From: Mobula birostris
Taxonomy: Eukaryota
Direction: 5' to 3'
Assembly: GCF_030028105.1 (NCBI RefSeq)
Contig: NC_092379.1
Span: forward strand, 130,298,065-130,362,064
DNA length: 64,000 nt
Shown here: positions 51,237-63,500 of the stretch, piece after piece
How the letters are laid out: every line of letters begins with the position of its first letter
Numbering within the stretch: the first letter of the stretch is position 1
The notes under the pieces: model-generated
Told to the model about the DNA's origin: nothing
Database searches by the model: none
Seen by the model: the letters and a program-made list of their open reading frames with translations, nothing else
Program-made: the position numbers and the translations under genes

Positions 51237-51462
51237 AGAGAAGAGATTCTGCAGATGCTGAAAACCCTGAGTAACACACACAAAATGCTGGAGGAACTCA
51301 GCAGACCAGGCAGAATCTGTAGAAAGAATGAACAGTTGACCCTCATCAGGACGGGAGGGGAAGGGGGAAGAAGTCAGAATAAGCAGCTGGAAGGAGGGGA
51401 ACGAGTACAGGCTGGAAGGTGATAGGCGAAACCAGGCAAGGGACAAGGTAGGTGAGTGGGGA
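51237..51462 (-). mobile_element. Penelope terminal repeat with deleted hammerhead core
   Basis: Minus strand reads gtc-CTGATGA-gggtc-aactg (stem II 3' arm and GAAAC lost), then the family tail. Confidence 0.65.
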
Positions 51463-51973
51463 AAATAAATATAGTCTAAGATCTAGTATTAAATCTTATC
51501 AATTCAGTAGCATCATCACACAATTACCATCGTCACCAGGTACCAAATCTATTATTTTCCTTATTTATAAATTGCACATAAAAATAACGACTAAGAAATT
51601 CCAGTACTACTCCCAGAACACATACTGTAGTTACTTGTGGGAAGTATAGATGTGACACCTCATCGTGCAAGGACTCTTAAAAGCTTTTTTTGATTAAATT
51701 TACCATTTGAAAATGGAAACCATTATGTTATAAAATGTCAGGAAAATATATCATTATTTCGAGAGCAAATAATTGTGCTCGAACGCAATTCAAACGCACT
51801 GTCACGTTAAATTTTAGACATTAATGTTCGTTGGCTCATTTGCTGTCTGGCAGAGATTCCTTCGCAGAGGTAAAGTGCTTCGGGGTGCCCCGTCAATAGG
51901 AACATGGTTGGTGCTATAGAAAATCTAGTAGTGCCGGGTTCTCAGTCTACACCGCGTCTATAGTGTACGCAGT

Positions 51974-52969
51974 CTAAAACGAGGTGCGTTTCCACCAACG
52001 CCGATAATTTGCTTGTAAGATTCTCTGCAATGAGGCGATTACAGGGAATTGGGGCTTTTTCAACTGACCGTCCACCTGAGTTTCCTCCGCCTCCTGCGAC
52101 CGGGCGCACTTCTTGGAGTGGTCTGCCGTCCCGTGCGGGCGCTCCCGGTTCTCCGCCCCGACCAGCTCCCGGAATTTGCCGGGGACCCCGCTGGCCAGGT
52201 AATGCCAGGCTTTCCTACCGCCGAAGTCACGGGCGTCCACGTCGACGTTGTAGGCGCCGATCAGTAGCTTGATGACCATCTGGTGTCCCTGCATGGCCGC
52301 CAGGTGCAAGGGTGTGTGACCCCCTCCCCCGGCCCGACAGTTCAGGTCCGGGCTCAAGCCGCGATCTTCCGCCAGGCGCACCAGTTCCCGCAGCGCGCCG
52401 TCGTTTCCCTGCTTGGCGAGCCAGTGCGCCGCCGTCAGCCCCGTCACCGGATCTTTCCTGTTCAACAGACCGGGCACCGAGTCCAGCAGAGCGGCCAGCT
52501 TCTCCAGATCGCCTCCGGCCGCTGCCATCATCCACTCGTGCTCGGCCAGACCCTCGTCCATCGGGTCCTCTCCATCCAGCCGCTGATCTGCCGCTACTTT
52601 CCTGCTCTGCGCCCGAGCCCCCGCGCTCACGCCGGAGTCGCACCGCTCCAGCCGCAAACTTCGGCGGGAGATCCGGCGGGAGATCCGGCGAGCTGCGAGC
52701 GACCCCGTCAGCGGCTGCGTCCGCGCCGCATTTGCGCCGACCAGTTCGTCCGTCGCTTGCAAGAAGCGACCCAGGAGGTTGGACAGGCGGTTGACGTCCT
52801 CCAAGACCCGGCCGTAGGTCGGACAGTGGCGGTCGCTGCCCTTGGTGGGCAGCGTGTCCCAGTCGCGGTCCGCAGCCACCAGCCGATCTCCCTCGGGGGT
52901 CTGAGCCAGGTGTACTCCCTTGGTGGCTGGAAGGAACCGACCGCGGCTCGCCTCGATCTTCTCAAACAT
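51974..52969 (-). CDS. SOWAHD: Intronless ankyrin-repeat protein, sosondowah family (SOWAHD-like), 331 aa
   Basis: EHEWMMAAAGG..LLNRKDPVTGLTAAHWLAKQG..GHTPLHLAAMQGH..VDARDFGGRKAWHYL; in-frame TAG at 52988-52990 precedes the ATG; CpG island; paralogue D assigned from synteny with UPF3B. Confidence 0.85.
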   Translation of the reverse strand: MFEKIEASRGRFLPATKGVHLAQTPEGDRLVAADRDWDTLPTKGSDRHCPTYGRVLEDVNRLSNLLGRFLQATDELVGANAARTQPLTGSLAARRISRRISRRSLRLERCDSGVSAGARAQSRKVAADQRLDGEDPMDEGLAEHEWMMAAAGGDLEKLAALLDSVPGLLNRKDPVTGLTAAHWLAKQGNDGALRELVRLAEDRGLSPDLNCRAGGGGHTPLHLAAMQGHQMVIKLLIGAYNVDVDARDFGGRKAWHYLASGVPGKFRELVGAENRERPHGTADHSKKCARSQEAEETQVDGQLKKPQFPVIASLQRILQANYRRWWKRTSF

Positions 52970-53170
52970 CCCGAGCCCGCTGGAGTCCTACCGCGTAAGG
53001 ATCGTGCTCGGAGAGTCCAAAGTCCAAAATGAATTAGCGAACAAATGAGCCTTGAGTCACAGCTCGCTGCACCCTGCGCTACGGCACGCCCCCCGCGGAA
53101 TTTCCATCACGCGGAAGGCCAAACAGGCGTAGGCACCCGCTGGTCTCCTCAAATCGGCTCTCGCTTCTAC
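52970..53170 (-). promoter_or_regulatory. Putative SOWAHD promoter
   Basis: CpG-rich; AP-1 TGAGTCA at 53053-53059; NF-kB-like GGAATTTCC at 53097-53105. Confidence 0.45.
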
Positions 53171-53379
53171 TTTCTGCTTCTCATAAACTAGAGGACATGC
53201 ATCTAAATTAAAAGGGGGAAAGTTTAAAGGAGATCTTTTTTTTCTTTACGCAGAGTGGCAACGTACTGTGTTACTGTTGTAGACAGCTAACTTATATTTC
53301 TGACTGAGCAACCTTGCGACAATTTACTTTGGGATAAATGAAATTTTATCTTATTTTATATCTGGGTCTATTGCCCGTG

Positions 53380-53730
53380 ACCATAAAACATAGGAGCAGA
53401 ATAAGGCAATTCGGCCCATCTAATCTGCCTTGCCATTCTATCACGGTTGATTGTTTAATCCCTCTTAAACCTATTCTCCTGCCTTCTCCCCGCACCTTTT
53501 GTCGCCCTTACTGATCAAGTACAGTACGTGTCAACCTCCGCGTTAAATATACCCAAAGACTTGGCCTCCACAACAGTCCTTATCAATGAATTCCACAGAT
53601 AAATTCCGCCTGATCTCTTTTCTGAGCGACACCCTTCTATACTGAGGCTGTGCCCTCTGGTCGTAGACTCACCCACGATTGGAAACATCCACCCCACTTT
53701 CACTCTGTCTCGGCGTTTTCAATATTCGAT
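53380..53730 (-). mobile_element. CR1 3' fragment
   Basis: MFPIVGESTTRGHSLSI..LWNSL..KSLGIFNAEVD. Confidence 0.7.
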
Positions 53731-54050
53731 ATTGAATATATTGATACCGACCCTTACTGAACCTATAAGACACTGTTGATAAATCTGTTTTGCAGGAAGT
53801 TTACTGTAAACTACAACTTGAGTAAACAGTGCAATAGAATGGAACGGTGAGGTAGGGTTGTAGTGTTTATGATCAGAAGATATAGGAGCATATTAGGCCA
53901 TTTGGCCCATCGAGTCTGCTCTGTCATTTTATCATGGTTAATCCCATTTTCCTCTCAGCCCCAATCCTGTCACCTTTTCATCTTTCCATTTATTCCTTTC
54001 CCAGATACATTACCTCCTTCAGAATCCATCACCACCATTTATACCCTTCA

Positions 54051-54290
54051 NNNNNNNNNNNNNNNNNNNNNNNNNNNNNNNNNNNNNNNNNNNNNNNNNN
54101 NNNNNNNNNNNNNNNNNNNNNNNNNNNNNNNNNNNNNNNNNNNNNNNNNNNNNNNNNNNNNNNNNNNNNNNNNNNNNNNNNNNNNNNNNNNNNNNNNNNN
54201 NNNNNNNNNNNNNNNNNNNNNNNNNNNNNNNNNNNNNNNNNNNNNNNNNNNNNNNNNNNNNNNNNNNNNNNNNNNNNNNNNNNNNNNNNN
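54051..54290. other. Assembly gap (240 N)
   Basis: Run of n. Confidence 1.
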
Positions 54291-54374
54291 GGGAGTGTTT
54301 ATATCGACTGTTCAGTGAACCTTGTTCCCAACTCCAAACTCAGCTCCTTCCCCTCACGTTCTTTATACTGGCCG

Positions 54375-54770
54375 CGTTCCAAAGTTCAAAGTAAATATAT
54401 GTCATCTTATATTACCGTGAGATTTATTTCTTGCAGGCATTTACAGGAAAATAAATGCAACAGAATTTATGAAAAATTACACATAATCAATGACAGCCGA
54501 CGTGCAAAGGAAGACAAATATTGCAAATACAAAAATAATTTTTAAAAATTAGTAAATAAATGATATTGAGAATCTGAGCTGTAGAGCCCTTGAAAGCGAG
54601 CTCCTGGGTTGTGGAATCTGTTCGGAGTTGTGGTAAGCGAAACCGGTTCAGGAGCCTGATGGTTGAAGGGTAATGGCCGTTCCAGAACCTGGCGGTGTGG
54701 GATCCAAGGTTCCTGAGCCTCCTTCGCGATGGCATCAGCGAGAAGAGAGCCTGGCCTGGCTGGTGGAAGT
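54375..54770 (-). mobile_element. Rex/Babar LINE 3' end
   Basis: MPSRRRLRNLGSHTARFWNGHYPSTIRLLN; tail 'tttactttgaactttggaac'. Confidence 0.7.
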
Positions 54771-55699
54771 TCCCTCCTGCTTTCAGTCCCTATGAGGGGC
54801 TCCAACCCGTATTGTCAAACGTCCGCTCCCATCCACATCAGCGGCAACGGCGATAGGTAAAAATAACGCGTTAACACCGCTGAGCTTATCAACCAAATGA
54901 CACCAAGAACGTAAAGGGATTTGTAACCTATCTGTTCCTCCATACATGTATTATTATGAACAAAATGTTTTTGAAATAAAACACTCACTGCACAGATTCT
55001 GCCTGACCCGCTGAGTTCCCCCAACAGTTTTTTTTTTTGCTTTAAGCTCCCCTCCCGTGACATTAACATAAGTTTAAAATAACCCCCGACTCTTTAAAGA
55101 GGAACCCGGTCACGAGAGTTCTACTAAAGCAGAACTGAAAATTCATTCAGATGCCCTGTCCAGGAAACAGCTCTAAAATAAATCTCCATGTCACCGTCAA
55201 CAATCTCGTATCTCAAGATAAAACCATATCAACAATTTATAAGACCAGTTGTTGGGGGGGAGGGGCTGCTTTGTGTAAATTCATCATGAACTGCGCAGGA
55301 AGAAGACTGATCTCAACGAGCAGGCGATGGTTCTCCCGCAATACTCTCAAAACGCTGGACGAACTCAGCAGGTCAGGCAGCATCTGGCAGGGGCTCCCAT
55401 CCTCCGTTAATGGTAAGGCTCCATGGCACAAGAGAAGTTTGGGAATCCCGGGCCCAAACCAGCATCAGGACTTCAACTCGTAGTCAGTCCAGTGCTGCTG
55501 ATATCTAATCATTGTTCGGCGGAGTCCTCAAAATGCATGGAATGTACTAAAGGTTTAAAGGTTAAGAGCACCGATTAAAAAAGTTAGATTAGAACACTGG
55601 AAACAAGTTAATGTGTATTCTTTTCATTTCAGTCGATGATGTAAACGGCAGATTATTTTTTATCATTCTCCTATTGTTACTAGTGTGGTTTCCGTCTGT

Positions 55700-56010
55700 G
55701 TCGCTTACTTTCTTGCTGCCCGTTACACCGCTGGCGTTTAGGGCAGCAATGAAGGGCCCTCCATCTCCGTCTGTGTTTGGCCACTCAGATGTAGAAGGAT
55801 TCTTCATTGCAGTTTCCGGAACAGTTTTCTTTTAGCAGTCCTGAGCTGATCCCCTTAACTTTGGAAGACCAGAGAACAGCTCTTAATCTGGTCTCTACCC
55901 TTATGACCTGCTTGGCATGGGTGACCCGACCAAAAGCTCAAGCATAAAGCCCTGACTCCAGCCGACATAGCTCTCCGGGTCTCTGAGGCACACAAGCCTC
56001 CAAACCCAAC
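55700..56010 (-). mobile_element. RTE-derived bipartite SINE-like element
   Basis: RTE-like 3' end 'gatggagggcccttcattgctgccctaaacgccagcgg' joined to the 5' piece shared with 8115-8310. Confidence 0.5.
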
Positions 56011-57650
56011 TCTGGATTGTGGTCCTCTTGGATGCAAAGGAATCAGCACCAGTTATAGCCAGGTGACCTGACTGCGAGGGAGAATTGAATGAAAGACGAG
56101 TCAAAAATGGTGGAACGACTCCACAGATCAGGTACCAGTCGATTTGAAATTACACTCTTCCTCTCTCCAGAGATACTACTCGACCTGCAAAGTGTTCTCA
56201 GCATTTTTGGTTGTTGTTGCACAAATCTGGCATATACAGATTTAAACTTAGATAAGCTAAACAATAGATAGACTGGTATTCTCACACACACACACACCAA
56301 CAATACCTACTTATGGAGTAATGAAAAACACAACACAAAATTGTACAGAAATTCCCCATCCCCTTCCTAAGTCCACCTATTTCCCAACTAAAAGTACTTG
56401 GAATACTTGGAAACCAAGGAACCATCAAGAGGAGGAAGCCATCTGCTTCCTCAAGCCTGCCCCATCATTCAGTATGATCATAGATCATCTTAGCACCTCT
56501 GCTCCAGAGTCCTCAATTCCCTGATTTTCAAAAATGTACCTACAATGATCTATCATCTACATCCCACCAGAGTAGAAAATTCTCGAGATTCATCACCTTC
56601 TGTCAGGAGATATTCCCACACAGTTCCGTTTCAAAGGACTGCCCCAAACCTTGTAACTATGTGCTCTCATTCACCACAAGAATCCCTCGTTGTCGATAAT
56701 AATGTAGATGGACCTAGAACACAGTTGTGGCCTGTCCTGGGATTGGAGGCTGGTCTGTGTCTGTGAGTGGGTGGGAAAGGGGTTTGATTTGTTGTTGCTC
56801 GGGGTTATTCTGCTGTGTTGGCACCAGAGAGTGTGGTGACACTTAGACGCTGCCTCCAGCACATCTTTAGGTTGTATTGGTTATTAATGCAGATGGCACA
56901 TTTCACTGTATGTTTTGATGTACATAGAGCAGATAACATTACAGCACAGTACATACAGTTCAGCCCATGATATTGCACCAGCCTTTTAATGTACACTAAG
57001 ATCAATCTAAGTCTTCCTGCCTACATAGCCCTCCATTTCACTTTCATCCATGAAAGGGTCTCTTAAATGTCCCTAATGTCTCCCTGCCTCTAGCTCCATC
57101 CCTGACAGTGTGTTTCACGCATCCACTACTCTCTGTGTAAAAAATAACTACCTCTGACATCATCCTAAACTTTCCTCCAATCCATCACCTTAAACTTACT
57201 TCCCCTTGTATTAGTGACTTCCGCCCTGGGAAAAGTCTCTGGCTGTCCACTTGATCTGTGCCTCTCATCATCTTGTGCATGTGATAGAGAAATGAACCTG
57301 AATCTAAAGGGAGTGAATTCCCCTTCTGGACAGGCTGTCATGTGAATGGGAAGTGATTAAATGGACATAAAGCATTGTTGAAAAGTCTTTTCTCAAGACA
57401 TTTCAATCAGCATTTTAAGAAAGTAGAAGTGAAACCAGTCTGTATAACATCATTCATCAGGAAATTAAAATAATTATGACATTATCTGAACACATCCTGA
57501 ATTAAAACAAGACGGAATTGTTTAAAGATTGAGTTAATCGGAGAGAGAGGTGATATGGATTTCTAAAGTGCAGGAACTGACTACGTCTGAAGCAGCAGCT
57601 GAGAAGATGGGAAATCTATAGATATTATCTTCTCATCCTCACCTTTGCCC

Positions 57651-59960
57651 TACACTCAGAGGACACTTTATTAGATACAGGAGGTACCTGATAAAGTGGC
57701 CACTGAGTGTACATTTGTTGTCTTCTGCTGCTGTAGTCCATCCACTTCAAGGTTCAATGCATTGGGTGTTCAGAGATGCTCTTCTGCACATGTTTCTGAT
57801 GTGTGGTTATTTGAGTTACTGTCACCTTCCTGTCAGCCTGAACCAGACTGGCCATTCTTCTCTGACTCATTATCAAGACATTTTCACCCACAAAACTCTT
57901 TCTCGCACAATCCTCCGTAAACTCTAGAGACTATTCTGATTAAAAATCCCAGGAGATGAGCAGTTTCTGAGATACTCAGACCACCCCATCTGGCACCAAC
58001 AGTCATTCCACCATCAAAGTCACTTAGATCACATTTCTTCCCCAACTGAACAACAACTGAACCTCTTGACCACGTCTGCATGCTTTTATGCATTGAGAAG
58101 GGGAAATTGATATTGGGTGATAAGGAAATGGCTGAGGCATTGAAAGACTATTTTGTGTTGGTCTTCACGGTGGAGGACATGCCTAATATGCCAAAGAATG
58201 TTGTTATGGACGAAATGACCTCGATAAGATCACTGTCACTAAAGAGATAGTGATGAGAAAACTAGAGGGCCTAAAGGTAGATGCACCCCTGTCCTGATGG
58301 GATGCATCCCAGCGTGCTGACGGAATTGGCGGAGGTTATAGTAGACGCATTGGTAATCATTTACCAAAATTCTCTAGACTCTAGGCAGGTCCCAGCGGAT
58401 TGGAAGACAGCAAATGTCACACCACTTTTTAAAAAAGGATGTAGGTAAAAGACGGGCAACTATAGGCCAGTCAGCTTAACATCTGTAGTCAGGAAAATGC
58501 TTGAAGTTGTCATTAAGGAAGAAATTGCGAAACATTTAGAAAAGAGTGGTTCCATTAGACAGACGCAGCATAGATTCAGAAAGGGCAGGTCCTGTTTGAC
58601 AAACTTACTGGAGTTCTTTGAGGACATAGTGCGTGCAATGGATCGAGGGAAACAGGTGGATGTTGTATACTTGGATTTCCAGAAAACGTTCAATAAGGTG
58701 CTGCACAAGAGACTTATAAATAAGATACGGATGCATGGAGTCAGAGGAAGTGTATTGGCATGGATAGTGGATTGGTTAACCAATAGAAGGCAGTGAGTTT
58801 GGTATAAATGGGTGTTTCTCCAGTTGGCAGTCAGTAGTGAGTGGGGTGCTGCAGGGGTCGGTGCTGGGCCCACAACTGTTTACCATTTACACTGATGATT
58901 TGGAAGAGGGGACTGAGTGTAGAGTAGCAAAATTTGCTGGTAACACTAAACTGAGTGGAAAAGAAAATTGTACAGAGGATGTGGAGAGTCTGCAGAGGGA
59001 GATAGATAGGTTAACTGAGTGGGCCAGTGTCTGGCAGATAGAATACAACGTTGGTAAATGCAAGATCATCCACCTTGGAAGGAATAATAGAAGAACAGAG
59101 TATTACTTAAATGGTGAAAGATTGCAGCATGCTGTTGTGCAGAGGGACTTGGGAGTGCTTGTTCATGAATTGCAAAAAGTTGCCTTGCAGGTACAACAGG
59201 TTATTAAGAAGGCAAATGGAATGTTGGCCTTCATTGCTAGAGGGATTGAATTCAAGAGCAGGGAGGTCATGCTGCAACTATACAGGGTACTGGTGAGGCC
59301 GCACCTGGAGTACTGTGTGCAGTTCTGGTCTCCATACTTGAGGAAGGTCTGCATACTGGCTTTGGAGGCAGTGCAGAGGAGGTTCACCAGGTTGATTCCA
59401 GGGATGAAGTGGTTAACTTATGAGGAGAGATTGAGTCACCTGGGACTATAATCTCTGGAGTTCAGAAGAATGAGAGGGGATCTTATAGAAACAGACAAAA
59501 TTTTGAAAGAGATAGGTAAGTTAGAAGTAGGAAAGTTGTTTCCATTGGTAGGTGAGACTAGAACTAGGGGACATTGCCTCAAGATTCAGGGGAGAAGATT
59601 TAGGATGGAGATGAGGAGAAACTGTTTTTCCCACAGAGTGGTGGATCTGTGGAATTCTCTGCCTGGGGAAGCAGTTGAGGCTTCTTCACTAAATATATTT
59701 AAGATACAGTTAGATAGATTTTTACATAATAGGGGAATTAAGGGTTATGGGGAAAAGGCAGGTAGATGCAGCTGAGTTTACGGACAGATCAGCCATGATC
59801 TTATTGATTGGCGGGGCAGGCTCGATGGGCCCAATGGCCTACTCCTGCTCCTATTTCTTATGTTCTTATGTTCTGATGAGTTACTGCCACATAATTGGCT
59901 GATTAAACATTTGCATTAACAAGCAGATGCACAGGTATACCTTACAGAGTGGCCACATAG
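57651..59960 (-). mobile_element. Tc1-like non-autonomous element interrupted by a CR1
   Basis: TIR-like tacactcag..cactttattag / taaagtggccactgagtgta; transposase N-terminus GKKCDLSDFDGGMTVGARWGGLSISETAHLLGF; resumes at about 59875. Confidence 0.7.
58095..59875 (+). mobile_element. 5'-truncated CR1 LINE (RT region)
   Basis: QHRFRKGRSCLTNLLEFF, VYLDFQK, QGSVLGP and RPHLEYCVQFW; tail (ttcttatg)n. Confidence 0.92.
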
Positions 59961-60239
59961 TGGATTGCATGAGCTAAAACCTACCAATCTCAGATTTAAG
60001 ACTAAAATAGATCCAACATGAAGTATAACTTTTGGAAGAAGAACTCCAATCTTGGACAATCAATTAAATCGTCTGTGCTTGTTGTTTGCACTTTTGCCTC
60101 TGAGGCAGTGATTTCAGGTTTGAGGTCCCATTCCATAATCAAGTACAAAAATCCGGAGGCGCACCTATGTTGATTGTCAGTGAGGGAGATATTTTATTAC
60201 TGGTCTGCTCTAGCTGTGATCTCCTGATGAGGTTCAGTT

Positions 60240-61960
60240 GCAGAGGGAGGTACAGAGGCCCAGGTTTTGGAACTTGGTTGTTAGTAGAGAGGGAAGGATG
60301 GTGTTCAATGCTGAGCTGTAGTCGACAATGAGTTCCCTAATACATGTCTCACAGTTGTCTAGGTGCTCCAGAGGTTCTCCAAAGCAGAGTGAAGAGCCAA
60401 TGAGGCCATGTCTGCTGTTGACCTGTTGTGGTGGTACGCAAATTTCAGTGGGTCCAGGTCTTTGCTCAGGCGGCTGTTAACTCTAGCCATGACCCACCTC
60501 TCAAAGCATTTCATTACAGTAGACGTAACTGCTACTGGGAGATAGTCATTGAGACAGCTCATCCTGCTCTTCCTGGGCACCGGAACGATTGCTGAACTAT
60601 TGTAGCAGATGGGAGGGAGCCTCAGGCCACCACACTGAGAGACTGAAGATGTCCTTGAACACTCCAGCCAGTTGGCTGGCTGGCACGGGTTTTCAGTACA
60701 CTGCCAGGTAAACATCAGGGCCTGGTGCTTCATGAGGATTTACCCTCTTGGAGGATGTTCGGACCGCAGCTGTCAAGACGGAGATCTCAGGGTCACCAGG
60801 TGTTGTGGGGATTCACACAGGTGTGGTGTTGTTCTCCCTTTCAATGCATATATAACAGGCATTGAGCTCATTGGGGAGTGATCACTGCCATTTATGCCAT
60901 TTGGGCGACAGTGGAAACTGAGCAGTTTCAAATTCCGGGGAGTGCACATCACACACAATGTCTCATGGTCTCAGAACACATCCTACACAGTCAAGAACCC
61001 TCACCAGTGCCTTTATTTTCTGAGGAGGCTGAAGAGAGCTGGACTTTGCACATCCACACTCAGGTCATTCCACAGATGCACATCCTAACAAGCTGCACCA
61101 CCGCATGGGGTGAAACTGCACCGCGGCAGAAAGGAAGACTTTACAACGGGTCGTCAAAACTGCCCAACGCATCATCAGCACCGGCTTAGCCACCAATAAG
61201 GACAAACATATAGAAAAGGGCTAGTAACATCATGAACGATCTCACACACTCTGTAGGCGGATTGCTTGCTCCACTCCCATCCAGGAGGAGGCTACGTAGC
61301 ATCCACGCCAGGACCATCAAACTCAAGGATAGTAACTTTCCCCAAGCAGTAAGGCTGATCAACACCTCCACCCACTAACTCCTCCACTGTTTTATTATTT
61401 GCTATCAGTCACCATATGTGCAGCCTAGTGTCACTTTATGGACATATGATCAATCTATGAGTAGAAAACATAGTGTGACACTCTGGAGGGGCAAAGCCGA
61501 CAGCCCGCCCCTACATTTCTGATGACCAGTACTGTTTATTGTTCCTGTGTTAAAATGCTTTTGTGGGATTCTGGTGGGAAGTTCAGGTTCATTTTTGTTA
61601 CATTTTAGCTTGGGTTATACAGCTATTAGCTTGTGTATTTGTGGGTCACCCTAACTGTAACCAGGGTGTCACCTCCCCCGTCGGTGTGAGACAGGTTAGG
61701 TTCACTCGCCGGGTGTTGGTGCCCAGTCTGTTTTGTGTCTATCACAATAAAATGGTTGTTGAGTTCAACAAGCTTCCTCTTCAATCATTATGGACCAAAT
61801 GCTCACCACAATACTATGTATTTATTTTTATTGTGTGTTTTATTATTATTACTGTATCGTGTTCTTTATCTTTTGTGGGTTTTTTTTGTGCTGCATTGGA
61901 TCCAGAGTAACAATTATTTCGTTCCCCTTACTCTTGTGTACTGGAAATGACATTAAACAA
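60240..61960. mobile_element. Rex/Babar LINE pieces in inverted arrangement (minus RT 60240-60880, plus 3' end 60880-61960)
   Basis: IVPVPRK..CLNDYLPVAVTSTVMKCFE..DPLKFAY..RSTAD (-); FKFRGVHI..YFLRRLKRAGL (+). Confidence 0.75.
61474..61810 (+). mobile_element. Solo LTR (Gypsy-like)
   Basis: TGTG..CACA termini, internal AATAAA (61747), imperfect 4-bp TSD atag/atac; interrupts the Rex tail that is continuous in the 5565-6212 copy. Confidence 0.6.
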
Positions 61961-63079
61961 TTTACAGCGAACTCACAGGCTCTCCACTCTGGCTTTGGAG
62001 CACGCAGACAACTGCAAGGCATATGACAAGCAACGGTTTACCCGTTACAGCTGTGCTCTCTGGATATACTTCCCAATGCCTCAGTAAAGCAGCCAGCATA
62101 AGCAAAAACCCCAGCACGCCCCAGACATTCTCTCTTCTTCCTTTTTTCACTGGCAAGAAGATAAAAAAAAAAAGCCTGAAGCACTTACCATCAGGTTGAA
62201 GGACAACTTTTACCCCGCATAGTTTACAGACATAGTTCCTTCGAATGATATGTTAGCCTCTTGACCTCATAATCATCCTGATAGAAACATAGAAAACCTA
62301 CAGCACAACACAGGCCCTTCAGCCCACAAAGCTGTGCCAAACATGTCCTTGCCTGAGAAATTATGACCCTTTCTGTCCACCTGCACTGCACTTTCTCTGT
62401 AGTTGTAATACTTTATTCTGTTATTGTTTAACTTTGTTCTACGTCAATGCGCTATGTAACCACTTGGTCTGTATGAACAGTGTGCAGGACAAGCTTTTCC
62501 CTATACCTCGGTGCATGTAACAATAACAAACCAATCCCAATTCCAAGAAATTGTTCCTTCACTCAGTTTGAAATGGCCTATCCCTTTCTGTAGATGCGAT
62601 AACCCTTGGTTCTGGACAATTCTTACCAAGTGAAAATTTCTGTCTACACCTGCCTTTTAAGAACTTTTTAAGTTTTTATGATATCACCTCTCATTCATCT
62701 AAAGTTTACAGAAATGCCCATTGAACGGCAAATCCCCACTCCCAAGAATCATTCTGGTGGACTTCCATTGCCACATGAGCCATAGGAGCAGGAGTAGCTA
62801 ACTGGCCCTTTGATCCGATTCAACCCTTCTATGCAATGATGTCTGATCCCATTTTAGCTTCACCACTGCTCTCTCCATGTTCTTTGACTCTCTGTAGCTG
62901 AAGTGCTTAATAATCTCCACCCTGAATACGTTCAGTACGTCCTCCTCCACCACGTTCTCAAGTTTCAAGGTACAAGGTTGCTTATTATCATTCTTCAGTA
63001 CACATGTGTTAAGGAGAACAAAATGATTGTTACTCTGGATCCTAAAGAGTCACCACCCTTTGAGAGAAGAAACTAGCTT

Positions 63080-63500
63080 TCTTTGTTTGTTAGTCATGTG
63101 TACATCAACACATACAGTGAAATGTGCTTTGTTTCCCGTCAGATCAAATCAGCGAGGATTGCGCTGGGCAGCCCACAGTGTCACCGTGCTTCCAGTGCCA
63201 GCATAGCACGCCCACGGCTCATTAACCCTAACCCATAGCATGCCCATGATTTATTAACCCTAACCCTAACCCATAGCATGCCCACAGCTCATTAACCGTA
63301 ACCCTAACCCATAGCATGCCCACGGCTCATTAACCCTAACCGTACATCTTTGGGATGGGGAAGGAAACTAGAACACCTGAAGGAAACACACACAGTCGTT
63401 CGGTGAACGTACAAACTCCTCACAGATAGAGAGAGGAATCGAACCCCGATCAGTGATCGCTGGCACTGTAAAGCGATTGTGCTAACCACTACACCACTCT
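63080..63500 (-). mobile_element. V-SINE containing an internal minisatellite
   Basis: Head 'gtggtgtagtggttagcac..gggttcgattcc' and V-domain on the minus strand. Confidence 0.7.
63201..63340. repeat. 4-copy 32/38-bp minisatellite with TAACCC hexamers
   Basis: Unit ccatagcatgcccacggctcattaaccctaac(cctaac). Confidence 0.9.

Noticed and set aside
52009-53032. Several overlapping ORFs (up to 249 aa) on both strands over SOWAHD
   Set aside because: Expected stop-codon scarcity in GC-rich coding DNA; no recognisable domains.
53863-54545. 151-aa and 203-aa ORFs
   Set aside because: Artefacts of translation through the N gap.
63201-63340. CRISPR-like 32-38 bp repeat array
   Set aside because: Units are contiguous with no unique spacers; eukaryotic context; no cas genes.
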